The translations under genes were made by a program, and so were the position numbers. The notes under the pieces are model-generated. The model had not been told where the DNA came from. It ran no database searches and was given only the letters and a program-made list of their open reading frames with translations. Source: Lama guanicoe (taxonomy: Eukaryota). Taken from it: a stretch of DNA of 64,000 nucleotides. The first letter of the stretch is position 1, and the number at the start of each line of letters is the position of its first letter. The stretch spans positions 8,285,214-8,349,213 of the forward strand of contig MU056000.1 in the NCBI GenBank assembly GCA_013239625.1. Reading direction: 5' to 3'. Shown one piece after another: positions 13,272-26,739 of the stretch.

Positions 13272-13704
13272 CTTTTGCGTTGAATTGTAAAGACATACTG
13301 ACCTCCTGATCCCCAGAACAAGTGACTGTGACCATAACTGGATTCGGTGTCTTTAAAAATGTAATCAAGTTAAAATGAAGTCATTAGGGTGGTCCCTAAT
13401 CCAAAATGACTGGCGTCCTTATGAAAAAGGGAAATTTGGACAGAGATGTGAACAGAGAGGAAACATCATCAAAGACAGAGGCAGACATAAGGGTGATGCT
13501 TCCTCAAGCCAAGGAAAACCAAACAGGGCCAGCAAACCGCCAGGAGCCCGGGCGAGCATGGGCAGATACCCCCACCCCCCACAACCTCAGGAACCCACAC
13601 CTTGATCTTGGGTCTTTGGTCTACAGAACAAAGAGGCAATAAATGTCTGCTGTTTAAGCCACTGAGATGGTGACACTTTGTTACAGGAACCCTAACTAAT
13701 TCAC
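13272..13704 (+). mobile_element. MLT1B/C-type solo LTR
   Basis: 'gtaatcaagttaaaatgaagtcattagggtggtccctaatccaaaatgactggcgtccttat' and 'taaatgtctgctgtttaagccac...tttgttacagg'. Confidence 0.85.
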
Positions 13705-14559
13705 AGAGAAAATATTATGAATTTGACCCCTGAGGTAGCTGTACAGATATATTTTGTGCAGTACAGTCTCCATATTTGGCAAATATAAAATTATTACCCA
13801 TTTTAAAATAAATAAAATCACTGAAAATATGGCAAGGAAAAATGACCTATTAAAACAATTGCAACAGCAATCATATGATTTTAAGTATTCCATTTTTTAA
13901 GAAACAGCAAACATATATTAATTATCAAGCATAAATTCACTTAGAAGTTAAAGTTTCTTTCATTAGATGATATTAAAATCAACTGCAATTCAATTGATAT
14001 AAATTACTATTATTTAACTATTAATCCCATGAAAAATTATGGAAAGGTGGTACTCGACAGCCTTCATTATGAACCCACTTCTCCATGATAATCCTCATGT
14101 TTATTCAAATCCTGTTTTATTTCATTTAGACCTGTTAAAAGTGTCAAACTGTCAATAACCCAAGTGGAAGAAACTCAAAACTTGGGCTGAATGTCTATGA
14201 ACACAGCAGTCATCAAATCTCCAATTTTAAAAGGAACATAACTTCTGCTATAAGCAGAAATTTATACATAATTAGGTCCTCTGCAAGCAATGCGCTTAAG
14301 GTTGGCACTATCCATTATAAAAAATTCTCAAGTTCATTAACAAGCGTAAGAAAAGAACTCGGGTACTTTATAAAATATAACACTGTGAATTCCACCAACA
14401 ATTTGCAACAACCTAGTAATAGAAGCTGCCAACTTCATGTATTACGCTAAATATAATGTGAACTTACTCAGAGCAATGGAAGCTGGTAAATTCTAGAATA
14501 TTATGGGTCATAGAAACCCAGGAAACAAATGACTGGAAGGAGAAAATTCATACAGTTTC

Positions 14560-15575
14560 ACCTGGTCCAGGCCCCAGGCATTAGGCATCACCTATATGCT
14601 GATGCTTCTCAATCTCCATCTCTGCCCTCACTGAGCTCTAGGCAAATCTGTGTACCTCCCATTTCCACTGGGTATTTGTTGATCTTGCTTCTCTTAAGTT
14701 CACACATCCAGAGTAGAATATTTTTTTATTTCTCCCATTATCCCTGTCCCATTACTCCCATTACTCCCAACCTTTCCTCATCTTTGTAAATGGGACCATC
14801 ATCAACCTCATCCTTGGGGACAAAAACATCAAAGAGATTCTGGACCAGACTCTTTTCCTGATACCTCACAAAAGATACAGGGGCAAATTTCTGTTTTTTC
14901 TGCTCGCTTGTAAACTATATCTGAACTCCTCCATTTCATATAATCCCTACTGATGCCAACTAGTCCACCATCTCTATCCTGCGTTTCTGCAACTGCATCT
15001 TACTTGATTTCCCTTTTCCCCTTCTTGTCTGAACTCCCGCTACCTCTAGAATCTTATTTTTTTTTACAGAGCAGCCAGAGGATTGTTCTAATTTTTAATC
15101 ACATCATTTCACTTCTTTGCTTAAAACGTTCAAATGACCATTTCCACGATCAGCAGCAGCATCCTCATCTTCACCTCATCACCAACATGAGCGGCAGCAT
15201 CCTCATCCTCACTCTCATCACCAACATCAGCGGCAGCATCCTCTCGTTCACAGAGCACCTGGATTTGAGCCCTGCCTACCTCTCCGACTTCACCTGCTTC
15301 CACACTTCCCTCTTTTCACCAAGCTGCAAGCATACGGCATTTTTCTTCCTTAGACCCCTAGAGCAATTTCTTTAGCCTGGACCTTTCTTTTCCTAGACCC
15401 TCACCTGGCTGCTCCTGCTCTTCCTGAGCCTTAGCACTTACCGGAGAAGTGTCCCCACACCTAATTCTGCCCAGTTTCCCCCACTCACCCTCAGCTTCAT
15501 TGTCCTGTGTGTGTGTCATTGTCTTCATACCACTGACCACTACCTGAAACTGCATACATTACTTATTTATTTTTT
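14560..15575 (+). mobile_element. L2 fragment (ORF2 end and 3' region)
   Basis: 'cacctatatgctgatgcttctcaa' (RT YADD remnant), pyrimidine-rich body, 'cagagcagccagaggattgttcta', 'cctgcctacctctcc'. Confidence 0.75.
15151..15243. repeat. Minisatellite, 38-39 bp unit, about 2.4 copies, inside the L2
   Basis: Repeated unit cagc(a/g)gcagcatcctcatc(t/c)tcac(t)ctcatcaccaacat. Confidence 0.9.
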
Positions 15576-18500
15576 ACCTTTGGTTGTTGTTTTACTTATA
15601 AATTTACTGTTTGTACATAGCTTAGCTTCTCTGTTTACTTTTCACAAAACATGACGTTCTTTTCTTTTCGATGACTTATGAATAGTTGACCTAAGGTTAC
15701 AGTTACAATTTTTCCTACTGAACACAGAAAATGTGTGCTCTTTAAGTGTATACATTTTCCTTCCAAATCAGTGGATCTCAGGTGACCCTCTGTCACTGTG
15801 ATAGTCAGTCTTAATTGAGGGAGAATTGTTAATCACTGACACCCTAATGGGAGAATGACATGTCTTAAACCACTGGGCGAACAATGGTCTATTTTATAAT
15901 ACTGATGATGGACACAATTTTGAAACTTATTTTTTGGTCCAGTAGAGATGGGTAATGGCCAACAGTGACCAGTAAGATAATAGGAAGGAATGTCCTTGTC
16001 TGAAGGTCTGACTGTGTTCTAGTCCTGGGAGGACGTGTCTAGACAACGCCTGGTCTAGATCTAGGAGCCCTTAGGTTTGAAGCCACGTGCCTAGGGAAGG
16101 CTTGGCCCTGAAAGCCCCCCTTGCCCCACCTCTGCCTGCAGGCCTGGGATCTTGATCTCACAATCTCACAACTTGGCGATGATAAAGTTCTTCCCCTTGG
16201 CCAGACTCCATTAACCTTTCGTCATTATAGTTTCTTCCTAACAAAATCACATTGAGAATCTTTTAACCTACACAATGACCTCCTTTAACATGAAATTTAG
16301 AACTGATTTATTTGACAGCAATTTGGTTTGAGTCCTAGTATTTGTTACGCTGATTTATGATAACAATATAAGTCGCCAATGACAAAGAGTTTTATGACTG
16401 GTTCCGGACACAATGTAGGACTTTAGATCCCCATACACCAAGTTCCCTCTAAATGCACAGACTAAAGTCCTGGGCCATTCCACGGGAGTGCAGCTGAGTA
16501 ATGACCTTCAGCAGTGGAAAAACATTGATGAAGCAAAACCAAAAACCCAATGCCTTGTGTAGGGTGGGAAGGACAAATACTTGGTTTCTACCATCAAGGA
16601 AATGACATTCAAAAACTCTGTACAGTGTTTTGTACATTGTAGTTCAAAACACTCAAGGTTTTAAACTGCTTAGTTGAAAAGATGTTGAAGAGTATATTTA
16701 TGAGACTAGTTGAATATTCCAAAACACTTTAAAAGATAAGCCTGCGATAATCTGATGTGATGTGCACTACAACCCCGTAAACCATAAGAAAGAGTGGTAG
16801 TATTTCTCAGAAGTGAGAAGTGAAGTGCGTTTTCCAGGTTTATAAACGACATGACATTTTCATGCCAGAGGGCTGTCTTGAGCTTTACTCTCAGCCCCGG
16901 GCGCCCCACCTTCCAATAAATCACTTTCCTTCCTCTGCTTATGAAAGCAAACCCTTTGGGTTCTAGCTGATGGTCTGTGACTTTTTAAGCAATAGACTAT
17001 TATTACCATGTATGTTGTCTGAATCAATCATAGCAACAATATATTGATCCTAAATTATCATCCAGAGTTCTGCTTATGTCAAAGAAATGTGATGAATTCA
17101 TATTTCTAATATGAATGACATATTATAGATTTGGCTTACACTGTAGCCTTATTGAACTTTAGCTGCATGTATGTTTAGGGGGAAGAAAAAACCTCTATTA
17201 CAGGCTGTCAAAGGAAGTTCTTGTCTGCTGAAAGACACTGTACCTAAGACAAATGGATTAGAGACGGACTCTAATTTGGGGCCAAGAGTTCGGATGCAAA
17301 CTTAGGGGCTAAGTCAGTAGAAAAATTCTCTCAACAGCAAAACCTATCAATTCTAAAACGTTCAAACTTTCATTTTAAGCAAAATTTAGATCCTTGTTAA
17401 CCTACAATTCATCATGGAGTCTACAGCTTTTCACTTGAGACCATGTTGATTAGGACGCAATGAGAAAAGTCTTCTTGAACCCAGTACAGCTGAGGTGGAT
17501 GCCTTGACCAGATCTCCTCTTCCTGTGCTCTTCTCTGTGCACAGGCCTTGCGTGTCCACATGTCTCCATGACGACAGACAGCATTACTCGCGTGAACACT
17601 CAGTCCCGCTTCACAGGCCCTCGCAGGTTCCGTTCCTTCAACCAGAATCCTCTACCAATCGCCACTCCAGTCTGGCAGACCTTAGCTCATGTCTAGTTCA
17701 GAGGTCAACTGGCATACAAAGCTCTGCTTCTCCTCCCAAGGAGAGCGACCACCACCTGCTCACATGTGCCAGGCAGATGTGCTTTCCCAACTGTCACTCC
17801 AATGTCTGACAGACACTTGTCTCTGACCATCAGTCCTCTCCAGACTCTGCACTCTTTGAAGGCAAGACTGTACCTAATTCCTATTGTGTTCCTAATACAC
17901 ATAAGTGATCAAGGCATATTTGATATTAAAAGCAAAACCTCATGTCCTCATATCCCTTTCATTTCTACTGACGTACGTCCCAATTCTAGGTATTCACCAA
18001 GCCTAGACTGTAAAGGAACGGCACCAAAGATAGAGACACAGAGCTTTAAACTTAATCCTGTGTATATGAGCATTGCTGATAGGAAACCCCAAATACCAGA
18101 GTGGGCGCTCTGTTCTAGCACGTAAATGGTGTTGACTTTGGACATGAAGAGATGTGATTTTACAAAAGGAACATTTGAAAGTGAATTTTTTTGTTTGATT
18201 ATAATCCCTTATCTTTCAATATATTATTACTCATGCCTTCTGAGTTGGAAGTCTTGGTTTTTTTTTTTTTTAGAAGGAATAGCTAATCATCTTAAAAAAT
18301 AGTATTAAACAATTCAGTACTTCTAAAATCTATTTAAATTATTAATGACCTAAATTAGCAGATTTATGCCAAGATACAATAAATCCCAGCTATGTATTTT
18401 CCTATTTTTTCATGGTACACGATACATGGTAAATTTGAATATAAAGAAAAACTCTTCATAGAAAGCACGGCTTTAAGGTTACATTGCTTATTAAGACTAA

Positions 18501-19889
18501 CTGCTTCCTATTTCTGAAAACAAAAACAAATATAAAAACTTTCAGTGTTTCCTAAGGGCCAGTTACCAATCACTTAACAATACTTTCCATGCTTAATAGT
18601 CACAGATTTCCTGTCGTGAGTATGGCATGTTTCTTGAGCCCGCCTGTTCCCTTTGGAACTGAATGATGCTGTCAGTGAGATGCATGTGGAGTGTGGTACC
18701 AGACTGCTTCTTGGTGACATTTTCTACTAAATGTTTGCCAATGTCAAGATCTCTTCATCAAAATCCATTTTGCTTTGGAGTTGTTTTTGGTTTAATGTCA
18801 AGATGGCATTCATATAGCAATTATGCTGTTTAAAGTCGCCTGTAGAAGTAATGAAATTACAGACTGGCTTGCTTCTTCCCCACAACTGTGTAGACATAGG
18901 CACGTCTGTGTGTCTAAGTCATTTATTGAAGCTTAAGTTAAAATAATCTTTTTTAAAGTCCTTCTTATTCAAATGTCCTCTGTCATTTATGAAAGACATA
19001 AGCAAGCCCTGATACTTCCTTCAAAATGACAAGAAAATATCACCAAGACCACCATGGAATACAGAATCCAGAAGATAAACCACTGTGAGGAGCAGAACAG
19101 CTAGCCAAACCTGAGTTCCAATCAGGGCATTCAGAGACAGCATCACTGACATGAGCAGAATTTAATTTTTATACATTACTTTCATCTCTCTGCTTCAGGC
19201 AACTTATTGCTTCCAGGTTGAATTAAATACTACATGCACACACTTCCAGAGATAACCGTACATGAACAGCTCAAAGAATTAGACTCTGTTGCCCATGGAT
19301 GTCTCTGTTTCCCTATTTTTCACAGTTGGGACAGGGCTTGGATTAAGATTAGACATGAATCTGTGTTTCTTTAATAGTTAGTGCATATCTGTAGCTTAAT
19401 CACAACTCATCTGTGTACTATAACTTTTGCAACCCCATCTCTTCCTCCGGCTTGCCAACAAAATCCCCATTTCCACTTTATTAGATGTATCATTGCCTTT
19501 AAATCTCTAAATCTAATTCATCTTTGTATCTACAGTGACAAGTCAGACTGTCCATAAAATATAGATGAATTTATGTATAGAAAAACAATATGAGTGCCAG
19601 TTTAAAAAAGTTTTATTATTTCAATCCAAAATTTAATTTTTTGCTTGATAATGTATCTTTTTCCTATACTGTTGTTTTCAATTACTTTGAAGGTACAATT
19701 ATTCTTCTGATTATTTGTATGCCATTCATATTTTTAGCTAATTTATACTGAATGCCTATTATGCCTATTATGCAACTGTGTTTAACACATTAAATATCTT
19801 TCATTTATAAAACGTTCATAATAATGTTCATAAAGGTTAAAAATTGTGCCTGAGGTATGTATTCTGATAAGTCTAAAGAAACAAGATTT

Positions 19890-20323
19890 CAGCATTTGTC
19901 ATTTGTGGACTTTTGAATGATGGCCTTTCTGGCTGGTGTGAGGTGATACCTCATTGTAGTTTTGATTTGCATTTCTCTGGTAATTAGTGATATTGAGCAT
20001 TTTTTCATGTGCCTATTGATCATTTGTATTTCTTCCTTGGAGAATTGCTTGTTTAGGTCTTCTGCCCATTTTTGGATTGGGTTGTTTGTTTTTTTCTTAT
20101 TAAGTCATATGAGCTGCTTATATATTCTGGAGATCAAGCCTTTGTCGGTTTCATCTTTTGCAAAAATTTTCTCCCATTCCATAGGTTGTTGTATTGTTTT
20201 GCTTATGGTTCCCTTTGCTGTGCAGAAGCTTGTAAGTTTCATTAGGTCCCACTTGTTTATTCTTGCTTTTATTTGTATTGCCTTGGGAGACTGACCTAGG
20301 AGAACATTGCTAGGGTTATGTCA
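19890..20323 (-). mobile_element. Young LINE-1 internal ORF2 fragment without 3' UTR or poly(A)
   Basis: Minus strand translates to [34 protein letters not shown]...[51 protein letters not shown] with one in-frame stop. Confidence 0.95.
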
Positions 20324-20755
20324 TGACTTTTACTTACATGCACCATACACTTAAACTTCAAAATGGAAACAATTCAAAATATATTCTCCATATTTTTCCC
20401 TTCCTTTCCCTTGCCTGTGAGTGGTCTGAAAGTAAGCCAATTTGTGGTCCTGGTGGGTTATTTATTATTTATAAATAATAAAATATTCTTTCAATCCTAT
20501 GTCCAAGAGTCTCTGCTGATCAGAACCTGTATGCACTTTCAACGGAGGTCATGATTTATTTTAAATTTCTGAACTTGTTTCCATGACAATAGAGTTAAGA
20601 TAAACATTTCAAACAGAAGGTGTAAGCATTTGGGTTTAGATGAATATATAAACATGATATATTAAAATATCCCAGTTTCTTACTGTTACATAAGGAATTG
20701 AGAATCTCTGATTCACTTACTTATCTCAGAGTCTTAACCCCTCACCATTAACTAC

Positions 20756-20773
20756 TGGTGCCATCTGTTGGTA
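20756..20773 (-). promoter_or_regulatory. Candidate CTCF binding motif
   Basis: Minus strand CCAACAGATGGCACC matches the consensus CCASYAGRKGGCRSY at 14 of 15 positions; lies in unique sequence. Confidence 0.5.
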
Positions 20774-21185
20774 CTCAAGGAACGGGCATCCAGTTGGAAG
20801 GTATCTGGATATTTCCCCAAAGAAAATCCACAAGTTGTCTTATTATTTGAATTCTGAAGCTATCATCGTACTTTGTGTCTCCGTTTTTCACATTTCTATA
20901 CTGTCTTACAAGGCACGACTAATTTCCTGTTAGTGCCTCTATTTGGTGAGACAGCTCATTTCTAGTTTACACGAAGAATTTGAGGCCAAACACTATGCTT
21001 CAAATATGCTTTCAAAAATATTAAAGAAAATGAATTAGATGCATTGTAATATCAGCAAAAAGAAAATGTTAATCAAGGTTTTTTGCATTTCTAGATTTAA
21101 AAAATTTCCTACATCTTAAATTAAAATTTTGAAAATAGTAGCTTCTATCATAACTGTTGTGATTCTTCCCAAGAGTGGTAGGTAT

Positions 21186-21696
21186 CATAGGGGTATGTTT
21201 TATCTTCTGTAATTCTGGTGCTTTGACACCCCGGGACTTGCTGACCCTGGAGAGACTGCCCTCCCAGGGATAGCCAGTCCCAGAGACAGAAAATGACCGT
21301 CCAGGACCATGCCTTTCACAAGCAAACAGACCAATGCAGAGCCCAGCCCCTCACCACCTCCTCCCTCAGGCTCTTGCCCTCAGAGCCAGAGTTCCCTTGC
21401 CTCAGTCACCCCAGGGCCGGGAACCAGACAACAGGGGCAGCCCCATCACCCAGAACCCCTGATATTACTGTAGAAGCCAGTCACTCCTCCGCCCGCTGGC
21501 CCTGCCCCACCTGGTGAGGCCCTTGCCCACATTTACCTCCATCCTCCCTCTGCCTCCTCAGAGACCCTAGCCACTCCCCGGAAGGCCCCTCACCGTGTGA
21601 CACATCCCTGCCGCTCTGGAACTGTGACTTTTCAATGACAGCCATCTCCTAATCTGCTGGTTACCTGAATAATTAGAAAACTTCCATTTTAAAACG
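21186..21696 (+). mobile_element. MER39/MER34-type ERV1 solo LTR
   Basis: 'ttgctgaccctggagagactgccctcccagggatagccagtcccagaga...gcctttcacaagcaaacagaccaatgcagagccc'. Confidence 0.75.
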
Positions 21697-23751
21697 ATAC
21701 ATCACCGGGCCCAGGTCTTACTCTCTGTGTCTCTGTCACCTGTGAATCCCCGCCCCCCTATATCTGGAGCCTGGAATTCTGCCAGGTTCCAGATGACACT
21801 CAGCCCAGTGGCTCTGATGTGCACTCCAGCACCTCCTAATGCCAAATGCCTGCACGGTCCATCCGGTGCTCAGGGCACAGCAAGCCCAGGATGGCCCGGA
21901 TGAGCTGCTTATGGCTACAGAAAACAAAACCTATTAGCCAGCGTTCGGCCTGCTTGACACCGTCTCGTGCCGGAGATGAAGGCCAGCTCTAAGTCGTGGT
22001 TCAGCGCTATTCATCCAGCCACCCCAGGAGCTCTGGGATGAGTGCCTGCCTGCGGGTAGATGTGCACACGTTCACGTACACCTGTGTCGACTTGAATGTA
22101 TCTTTCTAAAATAATTCTACTGTATATAAACAATGAAAAATTAATGGTAAGGAAACTACGTAAAGTAAGTATCAGATTTTGGAGTACCACATTTGCATTT
22201 CTTAGAAAATAACGTACTATGTGTGTATGTATATGTATAGACACGCATTGGCAGGTAGTTACTGATAATTATATTTTGGCAATGGAAATAATCTGTAAAA
22301 AATAAATTTCCCATTGATTATATTAATCATTGTTTTGTTTGTACTATAAGGTTTGAATTATAATTCAAATGTAAATATTTTATTTTCCAATAGCCTGCTT
22401 GCAGATTTCACAACTGAGAATTAATGTGGCGCTTGTTCCAGATTTTCATTTATATTTTTAGAGATTATCACTAGATAATAGCAGATTTTCTGGAACCAAG
22501 AATTTATGTTACTTTTTTTTGAGAAAAAAAAAATCTGTGCAAACAGCATCCATGTATAGTTTACATGAACATGCTTACATAATGTACAAGCATGACACAT
22601 ATCTTTCAAACACAATGTGGTACAGCTTATTTTATTCAGATGTGTAGGGAGAACATGGTAAAAAGTCCGACTCAGAACAGGAAGCAGCTTTAGCATTAAT
22701 GTTGGGGAAAGACTCTACTAAAATTGCTCTGTGCTGTTTCCCATCCCCCAGGGACCCAGGCTATTCCCTATATTAAAGACTGCTTCATTAAATATATGAA
22801 AGTTTGCCTGCTGTAGTTGGCTTGTTCCGTAAGCTGCCTTTAATCACCTTTCCTTCTCTTATCCCAAAGCCTCTGTGCCTTGTATATGTAATCTACAGAC
22901 AAAAATACACTATTTTAAAAGTGAAATAGTCATCATTATTTCAAAATAAAACTAAATTCGAAGTCCTCAAATGGATCCTTTAAAATCCAATAGCCTCTAA
23001 ATATGAGTAACTGGGCCCCGCATACTGGGTTTAAATTATAACACTCACTTAGAGAAAAAAATAAAATCCTTGTGCCTTCTTGCAGATTTACTGATAGTTA
23101 TCTACCATAAAACTTTGGTTAACGGATCATGAACTTGCCCCTCTAACTCTCAATATACTTTAAAATGATGATTTCATATAGAAATTTATACTGAATACAT
23201 TCTACTTTCCAAGTGAAGATTTACATCAAATGACCAAAAATTAGATGAACTTACTTTCTTACCAACATTAAAACACAATGAATATACTATGCACTGGGGA
23301 TAAAAGACTAGCCAGCTTAATATCAAACACCAACAGAAAGCAAATACATCTAAAGAATTTTGCAGTAAACACAACAATAATAATATAAGATGATTCCAAC
23401 TATTTTCTTGAAAAGAGACCTTGTCAATAAACAGAGATCTCAGTTATATTCTTATCGGCTCCTGAAATGAACAAGTTTTAGTCGATTTTGTCTTAGTCCA
23501 ACCATCCTAAATGGTACAATTGATTGGACTGATCATGCAGTTAAAATGGCTAAGATGGTAACACTGACTGCGGTTCTGTCCAGTGCTTTCTTGACAGTGG
23601 CAGTACTATCACCACAAAAGCAGAGCCCTGGAAGCTTTCCCACACTCAGACAACCGTATCTTCGTAAGCATTTCTTTATATCCCGTCTACTCCAAAAAGG
23701 GATTGAGACAGTTATCAAGGAGTTGAGATCATGGAGAAAAAGATGGAGGGC

Positions 23752-23777
23752 AAAAAAAAAAAAAAAAAAAAAAAAAA
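23752..23777. repeat. Poly(A) tract, 26 nt
   Basis: Read directly from the sequence. Confidence 0.95.
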
Positions 23778-24234
23778 GAACAAACTAGCAAATAACATTT
23801 GTATTTTTCGCATTTACTTCAGAATGATTGAAATGGCCATTCTACTACAAAACATGTAAGATTTTCACTTCTTAAAATCTGTTTTCTCATTGTTAATATT
23901 TTCCATCTACTGTGACTATGTCCTTCAAAGTAACATGAACGAAATGACAGGCTGATTTTTGGCACCATAAGGAGAATATTTCCTGGCAAACTGCTCCCAC
24001 TGAATGAGAATGAGAAACTTAAATTACCCTGTTGGTCCCTGAAAATTTTCCAGTGTAAATATTCCTTCCTCCAGGCAGTGTGTGGGACTTTTAACCTCCA
24101 GGCAGACTGCTCTTTCTTTTATAGGAAAAAATGCCAAATCAGGAGAAGGATGCATTCAGGAACTTGCAGTGGATTATTTTTACTTCTTGATAAGCTGGTA
24201 AAGAAGTGAAAAGTAAGGGCACCCAACCCTTTGT

Positions 24235-24620
24235 GCATTGAGTGTTTACTGTGTGTTAGATTCAGAGCCAGAGGCTTTAAGGTAAGATCTCATGGAGCCT
24301 CAGAGAAGGTCTACAGTTCTTCTTTTTACAGACAAAGATGGTGCAGTTCAGCAACTGTACATGTCTTCATTTCTAATTCGTTAATTAATATCTACTAAAC
24401 CTCTACAAGGTATCTGGCACACCTCTGTGGTGAGGATACAAATCAGGAAAGACAGAAATGGTCCCTCCCTGCCTTCCCTTTCATTGGAAGAGACAGAGAA
24501 TAAGAGTTAAATACAGATTTAGAATTACACATTTGAGTCACTGCATGGAGGAATTCATTAAGTCACAAGGATCTTTTAAAGAGTTAGCATTTAAGCCTGG
24601 ATTTAAAAGGAAAGGGGGAA
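24235..24620 (-). mobile_element. Adjacent MIR and L2 fragments
   Basis: 'cattgagtgtttactgtgtg...ttttacagacaaag' then 'tctactaaacctctacaaggtatctggcac...aagacagaaatggtccctccctgcc'. Confidence 0.55.
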
Positions 24621-24862
24621 ATAGATTGTTCATTCCCACTAGCCTAGAACTGGATGAGTTCTCATGGTGCAGAATTGTGTTTACTCTTGCATGTGTATGT
24701 CTGTGTGTCTGTGTCTGTGTGTACAAGGATAATCTAGAGGAGAATATAATAATGAATTGGGTTCAGGTATGAATTCAAACAAACATAACAAACAGAGAAC
24801 CTTGACAGTCAGGAGAGTGAAAGAAAATATAATAAGCAGTAATAAAAAGTGTATATATTTGG

Positions 24863-25406
24863 TATACAATAGCCAAGACGTGGAAGCAATCTGAATGTCC
24901 ATCGACAGATAACTGGATAAAGAAGTTGTGGTACATTTATACAATGGAATACTACTCAGCCATAAAAAAGAATAAAATAATGCCATTTGCAGCAGCATGG
25001 ATGGACCTAGAGATTGTCATTCTAAATGAAATAAGCCAGAAAGAGAAAGAAAAATACCGTATGATATCACTCGTGGAATCTAAAAAAAGAGAAAAAAAGG
25101 ACACTATGAACTCATCTACAAAACAGAAACAGATCTGCAGACATAGTAAACAATCTTACAGTTACCAAGGTAAGGCGGTGGGAAGGGATAAATTTGGGAG
25201 TTTGAGATTTGCAATGTTAGCTACTATACATAAAAATAGATATTAAAAAAAGACAAATTTCTTCTGTATAGTACAGGGAACTATATTCAATATCTTGTAA
25301 TAACCTTTAATGAAGATGAATACATGTATGTATATGCATGACTGGGACATTGCACTGTACACCAGAAATTGATACACTGTAACTGACTGTACTCCAATTT
25401 TTTTTT
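24863..25406 (+). mobile_element. Young 5'-truncated LINE-1 (ORF2 C-terminus plus 3' UTR) with TSD
   Basis: WYIYTMEYYSAIKKNKIMPFAAAWMDLEIVILNEISQKEK; TSD aaagtgtatatatttgg (24846-24862) and aaagtgcatatatttgg (25407-25423). Confidence 0.95.
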
Positions 25407-25896
25407 AAAGTGCATATATTTGGAATAAAATCTTATGAAAATTAAGTAGGAATGGTTGGAGCATACTATATTAGCAATTCTTAGGACAAGAAAAAAGATT
25501 ATGCCTTGACCAAGACTGAACACTCAGAAAACAAGAACTCGCAGGCCAACTCCTTAATTCTAAAGAAGTAGCTCACGTGGATTGGCTTGTTGGCAGGAAA
25601 GAGGTACAAACATGAAATCTATCTCTACAGATGGGTACAAATACTGAACGACATTACATAAGACAACATGGAATTCCTTGTAACAGTGACAATCCTTTCA
25701 TTTTATTCACTGACAAAATATATTGTGTAGGTTGCATTTCATTAAGGTGATTTAATTTCAGGTGCAAGTTTACTAAACAGGTTTAATCTCAGATGCAACT
25801 TTGTTGAATATAATTTCAAATATAAAATTAAAAAGAGACATAAGAAATGGAGTAATAATGCTCAGAAAAATTTATATTTATTAAGAGTAATTTTTA

Positions 25897-26119
25897 GGGG
25901 GGTGGGAAGGGATAGACTGGGATTTCAAAATTGTAGAATAGATAAACAAGATTATACTGTATAGCACAGGGAAATATACACAAAATCTTATGGTAGCTCA
26001 CAGAGAAAAAAATGTGACAATGAATATATATATGTTCATGTATAACTGAAAAATTGTGCTGTACACTGGAATTTGACACAACATTGTACAATGATTATAA
26101 ATCAATAAAAAATGTTAAA
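25897..26119 (+). mobile_element. Young LINE-1 3'-terminal fragment with TSD
   Basis: 'gatagactgggatttcaaaattgtagaatagataaacaagattatactgtatagcacaggg...aataaaaaatgttaaaa'; TSD aagagtaatttt/aaaagtaatttt. Confidence 0.9.
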
Positions 26120-26739
26120 AAAAGTAATTTTAAAAGTGTTTTCATGATTTGGGTTTAGAAGACATTAGAAAAGGAAAATAAAACAAAATGATTCTTCTCC
26201 AGTTAAGGAAAATTAACAGGAGGAAATTTGCAATGATAGCTGACTTCTGTCCCCCAGTAATGCAGGTGTTTCAAATTTTTACAAAAAAAAAAATTCCAAA
26301 ATAAAATTCAGAGATCTAATTACCATGGCTAAATCTGTAACTGTCAATTGAATATTCATTCAACAGACATCTATTAAGAGTCTATATTCATGCCAGGTGC
26401 TGCACTTAAAAGTGCATGTATTCTACTAATTTTCTATTTTTAGAAGCAAAATCAAACAAAAAATCCAGCCATAATAACAGCAACAACAAAAAACAAAACT
26501 ACAATTAACTTTAGCAAAATGCATTGAAAATAGCATGCAGATAAACGAGCACATGGCTGAAATCACTACAACATAAAAGGAGATAAAAATATGTAATCAA
26601 TGACACTTACAAAATGGCTATGAATCAGTATGTCCTTTGTTTCTTACTTCTAATATTCATAGGAAAGGGATTTTGTCCTCAAAAATTCCACCAACTTTTT
26701 TGTTAGGATGATTTGGGGAAAATATTTGTCTAAAACTTA

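Noticed and set aside
14953..15375. 140-aa ORF
   Set aside because: Lies in a pyrimidine-rich L2 and a minisatellite; compositional artefact
19962..20294. 110-aa hydrophobic ORF
   Set aside because: Antisense reading of L1 ORF2
23546..23788. 80-aa ORF with a hydrophobic N-terminus and poly-Lys tail
   Set aside because: Poly-Lys comes from a genomic poly(A) tract; I found no TSD, polyadenylation signal or homology to support a retrogene
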